DNA from: Neodothiora populina
Lineage: Eukaryota
Assembly: GCF_041146345.1 (NCBI RefSeq)
Contig: NW_027191410.1
Coordinates: forward strand, 930,001-994,000
Length of the DNA: 64,000 nucleotides
Direction: 5' to 3'
Shown: piece after piece, positions 40,171 to 52,724 of the stretch
How positions within the stretch are numbered: the stretch's first letter is position 1
How the letters are laid out: the number at the start of each line of letters is the position of its first letter
The notes under the pieces: model-generated
Databases searched by the model: none
What the model was told of the DNA's origin: nothing
The model's input: only the letters and a program-made list of their open reading frames with translations
Made by a program: the position numbers and the translations under genes

Positions 40171-40843
40171 ACAAAAATATTGTTGAGGTTTGCGACATAC
40201 TGGAAGAAGAATCTCACATCTAGCATATATACTGTACTGCTTCTTTGATTAGATAGGAACTCTATTCACTACTTGTATTTCGAGGCTGTTCTTCTCTGCA
40301 CTTTTTGTATATGGTCCGAAACTTATGGCTTGGTTGAGCTGATTGTATACAAGGGGTGTATTTAGAGAGGTTGGTCCGCCGAACCACTCAGCTTACACTT
40401 TCTTGGCACTTTATACTCTACGTCACCTACGGTAGTACAGAACATAGGTACCTATCTTAAGGTACCTTACCTTACCTTGAGATACCTTACCTTACTCACC
40501 TTGCTATACCTTGTCTGCTTCATACATACCTTACCTTATCGTAAAATTGAGGCAAAATCGTGAACCAAGTATATTCAGTTATCTTGGACTTCTCATCTTC
40601 GAAGCTACGACAGAGACGACAGAGTACATTCCAGTGATCTCTTACCTTCCACAAGAGCAGTTTACAAATCTCTATTGTTGCTTGGGCTTTGCTCTACGCC
40701 AGAGACTCTAAAATAGCATCATTGTTGATATCTCATCGTAATCACCGTGTAGCTCGGACAACACCTTCCTCGATCTGAAGGAAATCAATTGGCTCTCTCG
40801 CAACTCAATTTCCAGTCATCCTTGTCAGATCTGTATCGACATC

Positions 40844-41887
40844 ATGGCTGTCGGGATCCCAGAGTCAATGCGGGCTTGCCAGTGGACCAGTGCAGCTGGT
40901 GGGCTGGAGCATAACCTCACGATCAACAATGATGCAGCATTGCCGACAGGTGCCAGATATCTTGGAAAAGACCAAACGCTTGTGAAGGTGGCATGGTCTG
41001 CTCTGAACCCAGTAGACTACAAGCTGCCAGAACTTCCTCTTGTTGGGCGCTTCGCCATCAAGAAACCTGCAAGCCCAAGTATGGACTTCTCCGGTATTGT
41101 TGTTGACACAAGGCGTAACGATCTCAAGCCCGGGCAACGCGTATTTGGCAAATTGGAACCGCCTCAGTTCGGAGCACTTGCGGAGTATGCCGTGGTCGGT
41201 TCTCAGGGTGTCGTTCCCGTCCCGGAAAATGTTCATCTCAAGGAAGCTGGCTGCGTCGGTGTAGCAGGACTCACTGCCTATCAATGTATCGTTCCAAATC
41301 TGACAAAAATGGACAGTGAACAACCAAAGATTTTCATCAATGGAGGCAGCGGTGGCACTGGGTCCTTTGGGATCCAGATTGCGAAAGCCCTTGGCTGCTA
41401 TGTTGTCACGTCCTGTTCTGGCGCTAATGCCGATCTTTGTAAAAGTATTGGGGCCGACGAGGTCATTGACTATAAGACTCAGGACATCGTACAAATGCTC
41501 AAGCGCAAGGGCACGCAATTCGATCTCATCGTTGACAACGTCGGTTCCTCTGCTCTTTATTGGCAAGCGCACCACTACCTCAAGCCTACTGGAAAGGTCG
41601 TCGCTGTTGGTGCCACACCCGGTTTGGGCGTTGTCTTCGACATGATGAAGATCTTCCTATGGCCTGCCAGCTTTGGTGGTGGCCAAAGAAAATACCAATT
41701 CTTGATGTGCGCTGCAGATGCAGCTCATTACACTCATATCGGACAGATGATGCGTAATGGGCAAATTAAACCTGTGATAGGTGGGGTATATCAGCTTGGG
41801 GAGGTGCCTCAGGCCTTCCAGAAACTAAAAGCGGGCGGATTCCAGGGGAAACTGGTAGTGCAGGTATCGACTGAGACCACAGAGTGA
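40844..41887 (+). CDS. Medium-chain dehydrogenase/reductase, Zn-independent quinone/enoyl reductase type (RTN4IP1-like)
   Basis: Motifs ALNPVDYK, AGLTAYQ, INGGSGGTG and GADEVIDY; 347 aa single exon. Confidence 0.9.
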   Translation: MAVGIPESMRACQWTSAAGGLEHNLTINNDAALPTGARYLGKDQTLVKVAWSALNPVDYKLPELPLVGRFAIKKPASPSMDFSGIVVDTRRNDLKPGQRVFGKLEPPQFGALAEYAVVGSQGVVPVPENVHLKEAGCVGVAGLTAYQCIVPNLTKMDSEQPKIFINGGSGGTGSFGIQIAKALGCYVVTSCSGANADLCKSIGADEVIDYKTQDIVQMLKRKGTQFDLIVDNVGSSALYWQAHHYLKPTGKVVAVGATPGLGVVFDMMKIFLWPASFGGGQRKYQFLMCAADAAHYTHIGQMMRNGQIKPVIGGVYQLGEVPQAFQKLKAGGFQGKLVVQVSTETTE

Positions 41888-43126
41888 AGCGTGCAGATTC
41901 ACAGATTTACATGTTATTCGTAGGATATAGTCAATCTGTGGTTATTATGATGAAAGTCGCCAACCGTTAGTACATGGCCAACTACAGGGCGTACCTTAGT
42001 CATAGTTGCAATCGCCATTTTCGATACAACAATACGGTAGGCTGCTTTCAGTACAACGAGACTTACCTGTGTGCTGCAGAGCACAGCTAGACAAGCTGCA
42101 CCGTGCGTCCACTCAAGAAACTCATCGTCACATACTTTAAGGTAAGGTAAGCTTGAACGCCGCGTTGTCGTCCCCACACATTCACGCGTGTTCAAAAACG
42201 ACGTGTTCCCTTTGCTGTGTGAATCGGGCCAGGTTCTCGAATTTGAAAATGTGCCAATCAAAGATCCCGACATGGCGCAGTCTAATGTGCTGGCATGCAC
42301 GACGTGCCGGTAGCATGGCCTTCCGGCTAGCTGTCTGCGAATGGACATGCATGTCAAAAGTGGCGCTAGCGGATTACTCGAGACAACCAAGCGATGCACC
42401 CAATTGATAGGCTTAGAGCTACATGCAGATTCGTGGCCGGATGGTCGTGATGGGCTCGTGATGCAGTGCATCACCATCCCTCTTACCTGCGACGAGATCA
42501 AAAAGCGCAGTTGCTCTCCGCGTCTTACCTCTTAGTGACTTCGACGGATCTACAGCACTCCGTCCAATCCTCGATGCCTTTCGCAAATTCCCCCAGCTCT
42601 TTCCTGATATTCAATCGTATCATGCGCCTCTCACTCCTTCCTTTCTAATGCTCGAAGTAGAAGATTGCAAGTGAATCTATGCTATCGCAACGTCGCTCAT
42701 TTCAAGTAAGGCATTTGTTAAGCCCCTAAAATTTGCCTGAGTAATGGCATAAAACAGCTGTATGTTTATGGTCACTCTACGCCCCTGATGTCTTATGCGT
42801 GCGGGCGAGATGCTATGGGTTGGTGTCATTTTGCCTCGATCATAGCATGAAAGGACATGACAGAACTTGCAGCAAAGATGTGGTGTTTCGCTGATCCAAA
42901 TTCAGGTAGCACGGTTTCTACCTCGAGGCGAAACGGGAAAATCTAGAACGTCTACATAAATGCATAAAGAACTGCTCAGAGCACTTGCGAGCAGACCAGC
43001 TTGAACAGCTTACTGATCACCATAGCTCGCGAGTAAGGCAGCTGGACTCACATACCCAGATCAACTGGAGCGGTAACAGCAAGCCGAATTCAAAGCCTCG
43101 GAATAACTGAATCCTCAGAGTCGGAC

Positions 43127-46100
43127 ATGCCTCTGGATATATTAGCAGAAGTGGCCCACTTGCGTCGAATTCAAAAGTACCACAAACGGAGACGACGTCA
43201 GTCTGAATGGCGTCTCCAAGTTACAAGGACCTCATGGACAGTACGCAGCCGGATGATCCAGACCAGAGGACGATTACTAGAAGCGTTATCGAAGGCTTTG
43301 CGCTCCGAGGATCAAAGAGCGTTTGCGTCTATTTTTCAGACCATACTTGACCTTGATTCTGCTTGTAACGAAAATGGTAGCCTGGACATCCCGTCGCGAT
43401 TCGGGTACGATCGTGATATAGACAATGATGCCGGATTTTTCCACGGTCTATCCCGGGGCGCTCGTGATGCGTCGCTACATTTCCTTCGCAGAACCGCCTC
43501 GGATCCTCGATTCTTGTTCCATCTACTCTCGTGTCTGTCCACAAAAGGTTTCGATGCTTTTCTGGGTTGCCATATTCCGGGCGAGCCATCTCTGCTAGGA
43601 GGTCATGAGGATACCAAGTCTGGCCAATCTAGGCGGGCTTCGACGGCTGGACTCAAAGACCTCGTGCTGGATCTCGGGAGACATGATCCCCTGGCTCTAC
43701 TTCTTCATATCGCTGGTCCAGAATCTGCGGACTCTATCTGCGCGGATTCTGCGGATTACTGGGCCATAGTATGTAGTGCTTTGCTCTCGGATCGCGTCCC
43801 TGGCGCCGAGAAATTTGTCGTCGCAGTCCTGAATGCATGGCCAACATCTCCAACGTTCCCCGGCATGCATCCGCTGGAAACCTGGCTCCTGGAAGTGCTC
43901 AAAGATGGCTCGTTCATCCTCAAACGGCCGGATAAGCGGTCGTTCGGGACGCGTTTTCAGACCAAACAGGGGCAAGATGTTGATGATGCGGAGTCTTGTG
44001 ATGCCTTCTTTAATCAATGCATAATCAGCTTACTCGAACTGCTTAGGAACACTGCAGATACAGATCTCATACCTGGCACAACGTTGAAACTTGGACAAGC
44101 TATCGTCAGTCGACTTCGTGATTTTCCGGACCGTTGCCAGGCAGCACCAACTTTCCTCGCAACGCGCTGGCTCTTTTCCTCCTACTTGACCAACTTGATC
44201 AGAAACCCAGAGGTAAGGAGAGATTATATACTGTCTGTCATTGTATGCTAATGTTTCCTAGAGCTTCGGTTTGTTGCTTTCAAGTCATGTTTCCACTGCT
44301 GCCCGAAGGAGGATTCTAGACGAATTAGCGCTTCGTTTGCAAGGTCTTGCTTACGATGTGGCATATCCATGGTATGTCTACGTGTTCCATACCTGGAAGA
44401 CACTAACGTTTAAGGCACAACCATACTTCGGTGGAAGACAGCATGGCTCGTCAAATGCAAGACATCATCTCTATGTTCCGACCACTGGACTCCGCCGATG
44501 CTGCATTCACTGATGAACTCTCGCTGCACACACCTACAAAGCTCGTGACACTATGTCCTTCGGACTTGTTGACCTTATCCAGCGCTCTTTTTCCTCTGGA
44601 TGAGAGCAAGATACGTATGCCCATTACTATTGAACAACGCTCAACTTCTCTCTTTTCAGATTCGTCAATCTCTGGCTCCTCGCAATCCAACATTAGTGCT
44701 CTGAACTGCAAGGCGGATCCAAAAGCAGAATATATCAGAGCGCCAGGATCAATCTGCGATCCCCTTAGTCAATCTGTGGTAAACACTCAACAATTCGACA
44801 ACCAGGAGGCTTCTGATCATTGTATGGGCGGGCCGTCAATCATCACTGACATGAGATATGTGTGCAGTGAGATAATTGAAGTGTACCACCCAGCAGCTAC
44901 GATGGCCTATGAGGATCCCTTCTCGGAGATATGGTGTAGCATGCTCCTCAAAGTCAGGTCTTCCTCAAGCGACGAGGACACAATTTCACATCTCTCTAGG
45001 CAGGCCGCTACTATTAATCTATCTACTAATGATGCTATTCCGGACTACGTCAAGGATGCGGTAGAATCCATACTGGAAACTCACGTCCGCACGCCACAAT
45101 CGGGATACGTTTCTGGGGATCTTCGGCGCTTCAATGACGAAAGCATCTACGACGACTATCAGAACGTTACCATAACGTTGTCAAACGCCATTGCTGCAAG
45201 TGCCTCAGGTCTGGAAAGGAAGTGTCTCTACAGTAAAGCTTACTTGTTCCGCCGAGCATATCGATGGATCCAAGCGGGTCTCGGCGCAAACACCCATGGA
45301 AAAGAATTGAGCTCGTACATGATTCGCCTAGCCCAGTCTGCACGACGATTCATCGACCTTGATTGTGCAAGGACAAAATCTTTAGATGAACAAGCTGACA
45401 ACTTCAGAGTTGATGAAGACCAACAAGCATCTAATGTCAGCATATTACATGAGACTATGATGAGGCTCCGTGAGAAGATGTGGTACATAAGCAGTGTCCG
45501 TTTCGCCGGCCAATACGAGACTCTTCTAGGAGTGAGTTCCGCCCTTAGAACCATGGGACTTCCTGTCAAATCCGCAAATCCGAGCATGCAGCCGCATCTT
45601 CGCCATCGCGCCACTCGGCTGCAACCTGGAGCAGGTCTTGCTCCCAAATCAGAGTCTGCTATACTAGAACTCCTTGCCGCACCCCCGGCTCACGGCGGTC
45701 CCAACAAGCTCAGCGACAAGCAAGTGATCCTCACCTCGACTTGGTTGCAGGAGCATGGCATAGAGAACATATGCAAGGGCGAAGAAAGGCTGCACAGATT
45801 CTGTCGCGAGGTAAAAAAGTGCGTTAAGAGCATCATCGGTGACAGCGTCATGGAGCATCCTCTGCTATGGTCGAGCGATCTATTCATGGACTGTCAGCCT
45901 GCTGCTCGATCATCGCGAGATCTACCCAGACATCCTCTTTCTCCCAGTAGCGCACGCGAACGCCTACGAGGAGCCTATGGGTCTCTTGAACATCATTTAC
46001 CATCACTACGAGTGCCGTCGAGTCACTCAGGCTCGGGTAATATTGCTTCCAGCAACTGTCCAGACTGGCTGGGAATAGAGACAGGCTTCTCGATGCTCTC

Positions 46101-47469
46101 ACAGAAGAGATCGAACTGTTCAGGAAGCTGTAGTCCAACTTTCTCTAACAGCACGTCTGACACGATCTACTCATCATTTAGCTCCTTCGATCAGGCTTCG
46201 TCCAGCGTCACAAGCCTTCCATCACATATTGACACACGGACATTGAGTGATCGTTCCTCCACAACAAGTCTCAAGGGTCGTCAACATCAGCGAGATTTCC
46301 TGGACGAGCTACGGTGCAATATTTCAGGGCTTATTCTAAGCGAGATGGGTCACTTGTTCCACGCGGGCAGCGAGACAGACATTGCCATGTGGGAACTGTT
46401 TGATGGAAGGTTCGCGAAAACATTGTCCAGCTTACCCTTCGAGGACGAAACCCATATCGCCACGGAGCCTCCTGCGGAACCGAACACTGAAACGCCTTCA
46501 GTTGCCAATCAGACCAACGTGAATTGGAGCCCGCGAAAGACTTTTCAGCATCTTTTGAAAACCATGTCGGTTTCTCCTAACCCTCGTGATAAGTTGAGAG
46601 CGCTGTATCAAGTCCAGGAGGTGTCTCGAATTGTCGTCGAGAGCGACAATACCCAGGCTGGATGGTCACATAGCGAAGAGCACAAGCGAGATGGAACGAG
46701 CACCCGACGACGATCCAGCAGCGTTCTCAGTGATCAACATGATGCCTCAAGTACGCCGAGCAACAACGATGTCGTCAACTTTCGTCGAATCTTCCTCGAC
46801 GGCTCTATCAGGCCAAAGACATTGTTTCGCGATCTGCAATACATCGCAGTCCTTGTATCGAGCACGGTGACCGATGAGACTGAGGAAGGCCAAGCTTTCT
46901 GGAATGCTACCATCGCAGCCATGAGCATCAAACAAGACATCCTCCGCTCAATGATCGAAACGGCGGACGCGGTAGTCGCCCATCATACCCTCACACGAGG
47001 ACACTCTTCAGTAGCATCTGCGGCGCAAGCAGAGCGTGACTCTGCGACGTTCACAATGAGCCGACCGGGCTCTGCCGCAGCGGCCGAGGGCATCATCCAG
47101 TATGACATGAGTGACGCAGCTCAAATGTACATGATAGCCGCCAACGAAGGCGACCCGGTAGCTCAACGTGAGCTGGCCACTCTATATTTGACGCACCCCG
47201 AGACTACCAAACGAGCAGTGGCGCCGTTGACAAAGGCTGGCGATGTGTTTGAGAGCGCAGCGGCATCGTACTCAATCAAAGGAGGCAGAAGGGGAAGCGT
47301 ATACGGCGGTGGCGGTGGGGATGGACAGCAGAGGCAGGATGATCACGACAAGTACGACCCGGTGGCCATGGCCATTGCGAGACATTGGATGGAGTTGGCA
47401 GCTGCGGGAGGGGACGATTTGGCCAGAAACACACTCAAGGCCACCGACGAGATCGAGAGAATACCCTGA
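43127..47469 (+). CDS. Large conserved fungal protein with a probable VPS9-like C-terminal region; exons about 43127-44212, 44262-44371, 44415-47469
   Basis: Two long ORFs joined by introns 44213-44261 and 44372-44414. Conserved-looking blocks: GPNKLSD, CKGEERLHRFC, RPKTLFRDLQYIA, GQAFWNA. Domain call is an inference. Confidence 0.75.
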
Positions 47470-47901
47470 GTCGTGTTGATCCTTTTCTGAGTGGGAAATT
47501 GGAAGTCTGGACGTGGTCAATTTTGATTATCCAGCGTGCACACACAGACACACACATTGTGTCAATTGCAGTAATTTGGGAAGAGGCTTGTATGCACGAA
47601 TATTTGGCTCAACATCTCGCACGTGGCTTGCTCTCTCATATCCTAATTTGTTCTCGAGCATATTGCTGGAAGGGGTGGATATACCGTGTACGCACAAAAT
47701 GATGGAACGCAGACACGCCACTGCACACACGGTGAGACTCGGTACTAATTGGATGGTAGTTTCATGCATCTCATAAAGCTGTGTATCTCGTATGTATCAA
47801 ACTTGTAGGAGAAAAGGTAGCCCACAATGATCACAGTGCCAAATTTAGCCCTTCCCAGAAATCACCGTACAGACTAAGATTGTCAGGTATTTATTGGTCG
47901 C

Positions 47902-49805
47902 CTAACAGGGACCGCTCAAACTGCAGAGCGAGGTAAGGTCCAACTGTCCAGCCTTTTGTTCAAGAGCCTGCTCGTCTTCCTTGAGCAACTCTTCGATCTT
48001 GCTCACGCTCTTGATCCTCCAGAAAGCATTGATGCCATCGACATATCTCTCGCTGATGGGCTTGACCTGGTCGTCGTCGCAGGCGGCGAAACAGAGACGG
48101 AAGTACTTGTAGCCTTCCTTCTCCGCGATCTCCTCGTTAGGGGAGAAAATTGTGCCTGGCGAGACAAGGACCAGGTAAGGCTTGGTGGTGCAGAAGATCC
48201 AGAGTGCGCGACTGAGCTTGGCACCGGGTATCTTTGAGGCCAGAGGGTGAGTCTCGAAATGGAACTTGATCCAGATGAACATTCCGCCGATTGGCCAATC
48301 GAATGAGTACATGGCTGTCTTTTCCACAACAGCCCACTCGTCGTCATCAGTGTCGAGAGATGCGTTGGCTAGAGCGTCGGTCAAAGAGGACCTACGGCCG
48401 CTCTTGACGAGTTCCTTGCCATTGTTGAGGATGGTAGACATGATGTTCATGCGACGCTCGTAGTTTCCTCTCAGGCCTTCGAGCCAACGTACCCAGCCAT
48501 TCATGCTCCAGCCTTGTCCGTTCTTCGACGGTCCTTTGCCAGGATCTTGATCAGCAGAAGCCGGACCCATGAGGAGCTCTGCTATCATGCTCTGTACAAA
48601 GCCAGACGGTTGTTGCGTACTTGTCTCAGTGATGCGGAGGATACGTTCAATCAGCGCAGGTTGAGCGGTGATCCAGCCAAGACGGCATCCAGGAGCCACC
48701 GTCTTGGAGAAAGTATCGAGACGAACAACACGGCCATCAGTGTCAATGTTGACGAAAGACGGTACAAGCGAGTCGAGGAAATCATATCCAGATGACTTCC
48801 AGGACGACGGCTTCAGACTGCGGGGCTCGGGCTTTCCAAGGCGAGAAGTGGAAGAAGGAAATTGGAGATACCAGTAGGGATCGTCTTCGCAGATGATCAC
48901 GTCATACTTCGAGCACAAGGCGTAAATTTCTCGGCGACGCTGAAGAGACAAAACGCCGGAGGTGGGGTTTTGACCCATGCTGTATAGGGCAGAAAGTCAG
49001 CAACGCATAGGACGGTGAACATGAGGATTCTTGTTATAGACGTACGTTACAGTGTACATCAAATGTGGCCTGCGGCCCTTCTTGTAGTCCCAGTTCTCAA
49101 GTACATCCCTTAAGCCACCAGGGCCTTCGGCAAGCATGCCCTCGTCATCAATTTTCACAGGGTTGATGGTCAAGCCTCGAGGTACAGCGCCCTGAATTGC
49201 GTTGGTATAACAAAACTCCTCACAAAGAACTCCTTCACGATCGCGGATCCAGTCTTTCTCTTCGCTCCACTCATTGGTAAACGCCAGGAGGGTCTTGGCG
49301 AAGCCATCAGTGCTGCCGCATGTGAGTATTACTTCCGGGCCTCCATTGTATGGACAATTGGGATGGAGATTTTCCCGGGTGAATTGTCGGATGAAATAGT
49401 AGAGAGGGGGTAGCCCTGAGCCTGGCCGTATTGCAGAGCAGAAGCCAGGTCAATCTTCTTGAGTGGATTGGGGACCTGCGAAGTATGTGGCACCCGGAGG
49501 GACGATTGAGGCTGGTTCAAGGGACTACTGGTGGATTGAACATTCTTCTTTGCTAGTGGTGGGTCGATAGGATCGTTAGGAGTACCCTCCCAGCGGTCAG
49601 GCAAGGCAACCTTGGCCTCCAGGGTGTCGAATGGGAAATAGTACTGGTTGGGCAGACCACCAGCCAGCTGGCCAATCCCCGGGATCATAAAGTACTTGTA
49701 AAAGGCCTTCATTGAACTCGCACCTCTCTTCTTAGTGACCCGAGATAAATGATGCGAGAGGTCCATTGGCGGTGGCCGGGAGTCCACTTCTGGTGATTGA
49801 GACAT
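47902..49805 (-). CDS. ARO8: Aromatic/2-aminoadipate aminotransferase class I (ARO8-like); intron 49045-48980; apparent 1-nt frameshift near 49408
   Basis: Motifs LAGGLP, LQYG, CGSTDG, GQNPT, IICEDDPY and PLP-lysine motif DTFSKTVAPGCRLGW. The frame breaks at a C5 run. Confidence 0.85.
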
Positions 49806-50753
49806 GTTTGCCACCGTTGTTGCTTTGTTAGATGATATTCTATGACTCGAGGCAGGATCAAACATTCTGGGTCAGAATCAGAGCCTACAGAACAAGACGA
49901 GTAGTATAAAGGTATAAGAGCGGGATATAGCTAGTCGAAAGCTATAATGAATTAGGCACGCCTTTGAGGAGTTTAGTAATCGCAGATAGCGGTTCACACA
50001 CGCTGTGGATGACCAGTCGACATGCAGTATTGGCGGTGATAACGGCGATTACCAATCAGGAAAGAGCTTAGACGCTCCTTCTGATAAGGCAAGGGTGCGA
50101 CGATGAATCAGTGCTGCCTACCTTAGGTACTTGCACCTTGCAATAGGATAGGTAGATAATTACAAGTACCTTATGTTGCGATGATCCTTTGCTGTGTTGT
50201 GCAAGTACAGATAGACGGTGGGAGTACATACCTCGCATTCCCTATGGTGTCTATGACTTCACCCAATTATGCTCGAAGGCGTGTCCATGATTCGAACCAG
50301 TATCTATTACTGGAACGTCCTACTTTGCAAGTGCAGTTCTTCCGCGATGCCGGTACACCCGTCTAAACGCCGATTCAATGTATTTCCGCCTCATGCCGCC
50401 AAGCCGACACGCCATATCGTGTACCTGCGCATGTTATACTTGAAGACTATAACTTTGATCCATCACTCGTACGATCTTTGACAAGTCCTCATATCTTGCA
50501 TGTTCTGTTAGGGACCACCGGAGTAGGTTGTGTGCTTTGCGCCAGACTCATCAGTGAGATTTGCCGTATACTTATAGTGTGTATTTCTTAACCATCACTC
50601 GGCTGCTCGGATACACCGCACCTTTTCTTGTCACTTTAATATCCTGAGGGTGAGATCATGATACTGTGCCCTTAAGAACCTCAAGAGCAAGGAAGTCTCC
50701 AATCACTCACCTAATACTTTCGGATACCCCCATCACCTACCGCATACTCAACC

Positions 50754-52724
50754 ATGTCGCGAGGACATGACGGCTCTACGGATGAGCCTGAACGATACCA
50801 CGACGACGAAGACGCCTCGGACCAGGATACTCTACTTCCACCAGACTCAATTGAACAGCTACCGCCACCCTCTGCTTCGTCCCAATCAATCCAGTTCAAT
50901 GTCGAGCAGCCGAAGCAGCATACTATCTTGGCCAGCATGGCCCGCCTCCTTCCGGAACGGGTCAAGACGACCTCAAGCGCAATCGTCACTTGGGTTAAAG
51001 GTCCCCAACCTCCCAGGATATACAAGATCCGTCCAATATTTCCTGCCGTTCAACACACTCCAATTCGGCTATTAGATCGTTATGCGCCCAAACGCATGCA
51101 GCGCTTCTGGCTGCTCATATTCTGGTACTTCCTCTGGATCCTTAGCTTCTCCCTTATGCTGCACAGATCCTCCTTCGCTTCCGATGTCAAGGGCTATGGC
51201 TCTCCCGTACGACTTGGTTGCACTGCATCCTTTTGGGGTCGCGGTAATGACTGTGGCATTAACGGTGATCAGTGCCGCCCATTCGCCAACGCATCTTTCC
51301 CGTTCCGTTGCCCCGCTGGTTGCATCAAGGTTCAGGCTTTAAATCCTCACGCTGTTGGCGACCAAGAGGTCGTTTACAAGCCTCTCGTGGTTGGTGGTCC
51401 ACCGAAGGAGAATGATGACAATGACGACAACACTCTTTCCAATCACTACCGTGGAGACTCTTTCATCTGCGCCGCTGCGATTCATTCCGGTTTCATCAAG
51501 AGCGAGCAAGGAGGTTGTGGTGTTGTGGAGCTGGTCGGGGATCAGCACTACTTTCCCAACTCGAAGCACAATGATATCGAAAGTGTCGAGTTCGACTCGT
51601 ACTTTCCGCAATCCTTCTCCTTCAAGCCGGGCACTCAAGCGCAGTGTAAAGATCTTCGCTGGCCTTTGCTTGTTATCTCTGTCTTTTTCACCTCGATCCT
51701 TTCTCTCTTCACCACCTCCCCTGCTGTCTTTTTCTGGTCTGTCTTCGTGGGTCTTTTCTTCCAGACCGGCTTGGCTTCCGATCCGCCCAACATGACCAAC
51801 TACTATTCCTTGATTTCCACCGCACTTGGCCGTTTCCTTCCTGCAGCGTTCGTGATGGCCATCATTTACCGCTATTGCGTCATCTATCAGTTGTCTGGGT
51901 TGACCGCACAGGTCGAGAAGACGGTACTTTGGCTCGGGGCGGCATGGGTCGGTGCCTTGAACAACTACACCTTTGACCGCATCCCCATACAGCGGCTGAC
52001 GCCCCACGACATCAAGGCCCAGCCAGGTGCTATTCCTGCTTTGATCACGGTCGTACTGTCCATATTCTTCATTGCACTCGGTCAAGCGTACGCCTTCCGC
52101 GTCGAGGGGCGCATGCCACGCTACCTCGTCGTTTACGGCATCTTTGTTCTGGGCATTCTGGCTATGGTTGCCATACCAAGGATGAACGTGCGAATCCATC
52201 ATTATATTCTTGCCATTTTACTCCTTCCTGGAACCGCTTTCCAGAATCGCCCTTCACTCCTTTACCAGGGTCTGCTCGTTGGTCTTTTCATCAACGGAAT
52301 CGCGAGATGGGGTTTCGATAGTATCTTGCAGACCCCTGCTGAGCTTCTCGGTGATGCACAGCAGGGTACCCTCCTACCGCACGTACCAGCACCAATCATC
52401 GGCCAGCACAACATCACTTTCACGCTCGGCCCATTCCCGCCAGAAGACAAGCACGGCAATGTCTACGACGGCATCTCTATTCTGGTGAACGACGTCGAGC
52501 GCTTTCGCGGCTACCGCGACTGGGATGGCGACCTCTGGCATGATGGCCAGAGAGAATGGACGTGGAACAGGCACAGAGACCCCGGCGCCCCCAAGGATGC
52601 GGATCTGCCAGAGTACTTCAGGTTCGCCTACATGGACGGCAACCATGTGGCAGATTACACCAAAGCAGGTAAATGGGATGTCGACAACAGTTGGATACCA
52701 ATGGCGAGCGGTCCTTCGAAATAG
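50754..52724 (+). CDS. LCCL-domain multi-pass membrane protein
   Basis: CGINGDQC..FRCPAGC, YRGDSFICAAAIHSG (LCCL domain), followed by multiple TM helices and RIHHY. Confidence 0.9.
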   Translation: MSRGHDGSTDEPERYHDDEDASDQDTLLPPDSIEQLPPPSASSQSIQFNVEQPKQHTILASMARLLPERVKTTSSAIVTWVKGPQPPRIYKIRPIFPAVQHTPIRLLDRYAPKRMQRFWLLIFWYFLWILSFSLMLHRSSFASDVKGYGSPVRLGCTASFWGRGNDCGINGDQCRPFANASFPFRCPAGCIKVQALNPHAVGDQEVVYKPLVVGGPPKENDDNDDNTLSNHYRGDSFICAAAIHSGFIKSEQGGCGVVELVGDQHYFPNSKHNDIESVEFDSYFPQSFSFKPGTQAQCKDLRWPLLVISVFFTSILSLFTTSPAVFFWSVFVGLFFQTGLASDPPNMTNYYSLISTALGRFLPAAFVMAIIYRYCVIYQLSGLTAQVEKTVLWLGAAWVGALNNYTFDRIPIQRLTPHDIKAQPGAIPALITVVLSIFFIALGQAYAFRVEGRMPRYLVVYGIFVLGILAMVAIPRMNVRIHHYILAILLLPGTAFQNRPSLLYQGLLVGLFINGIARWGFDSILQTPAELLGDAQQGTLLPHVPAPIIGQHNITFTLGPFPPEDKHGNVYDGISILVNDVERFRGYRDWDGDLWHDGQREWTWNRHRDPGAPKDADLPEYFRFAYMDGNHVADYTKAGKWDVDNSWIPMASGPSK

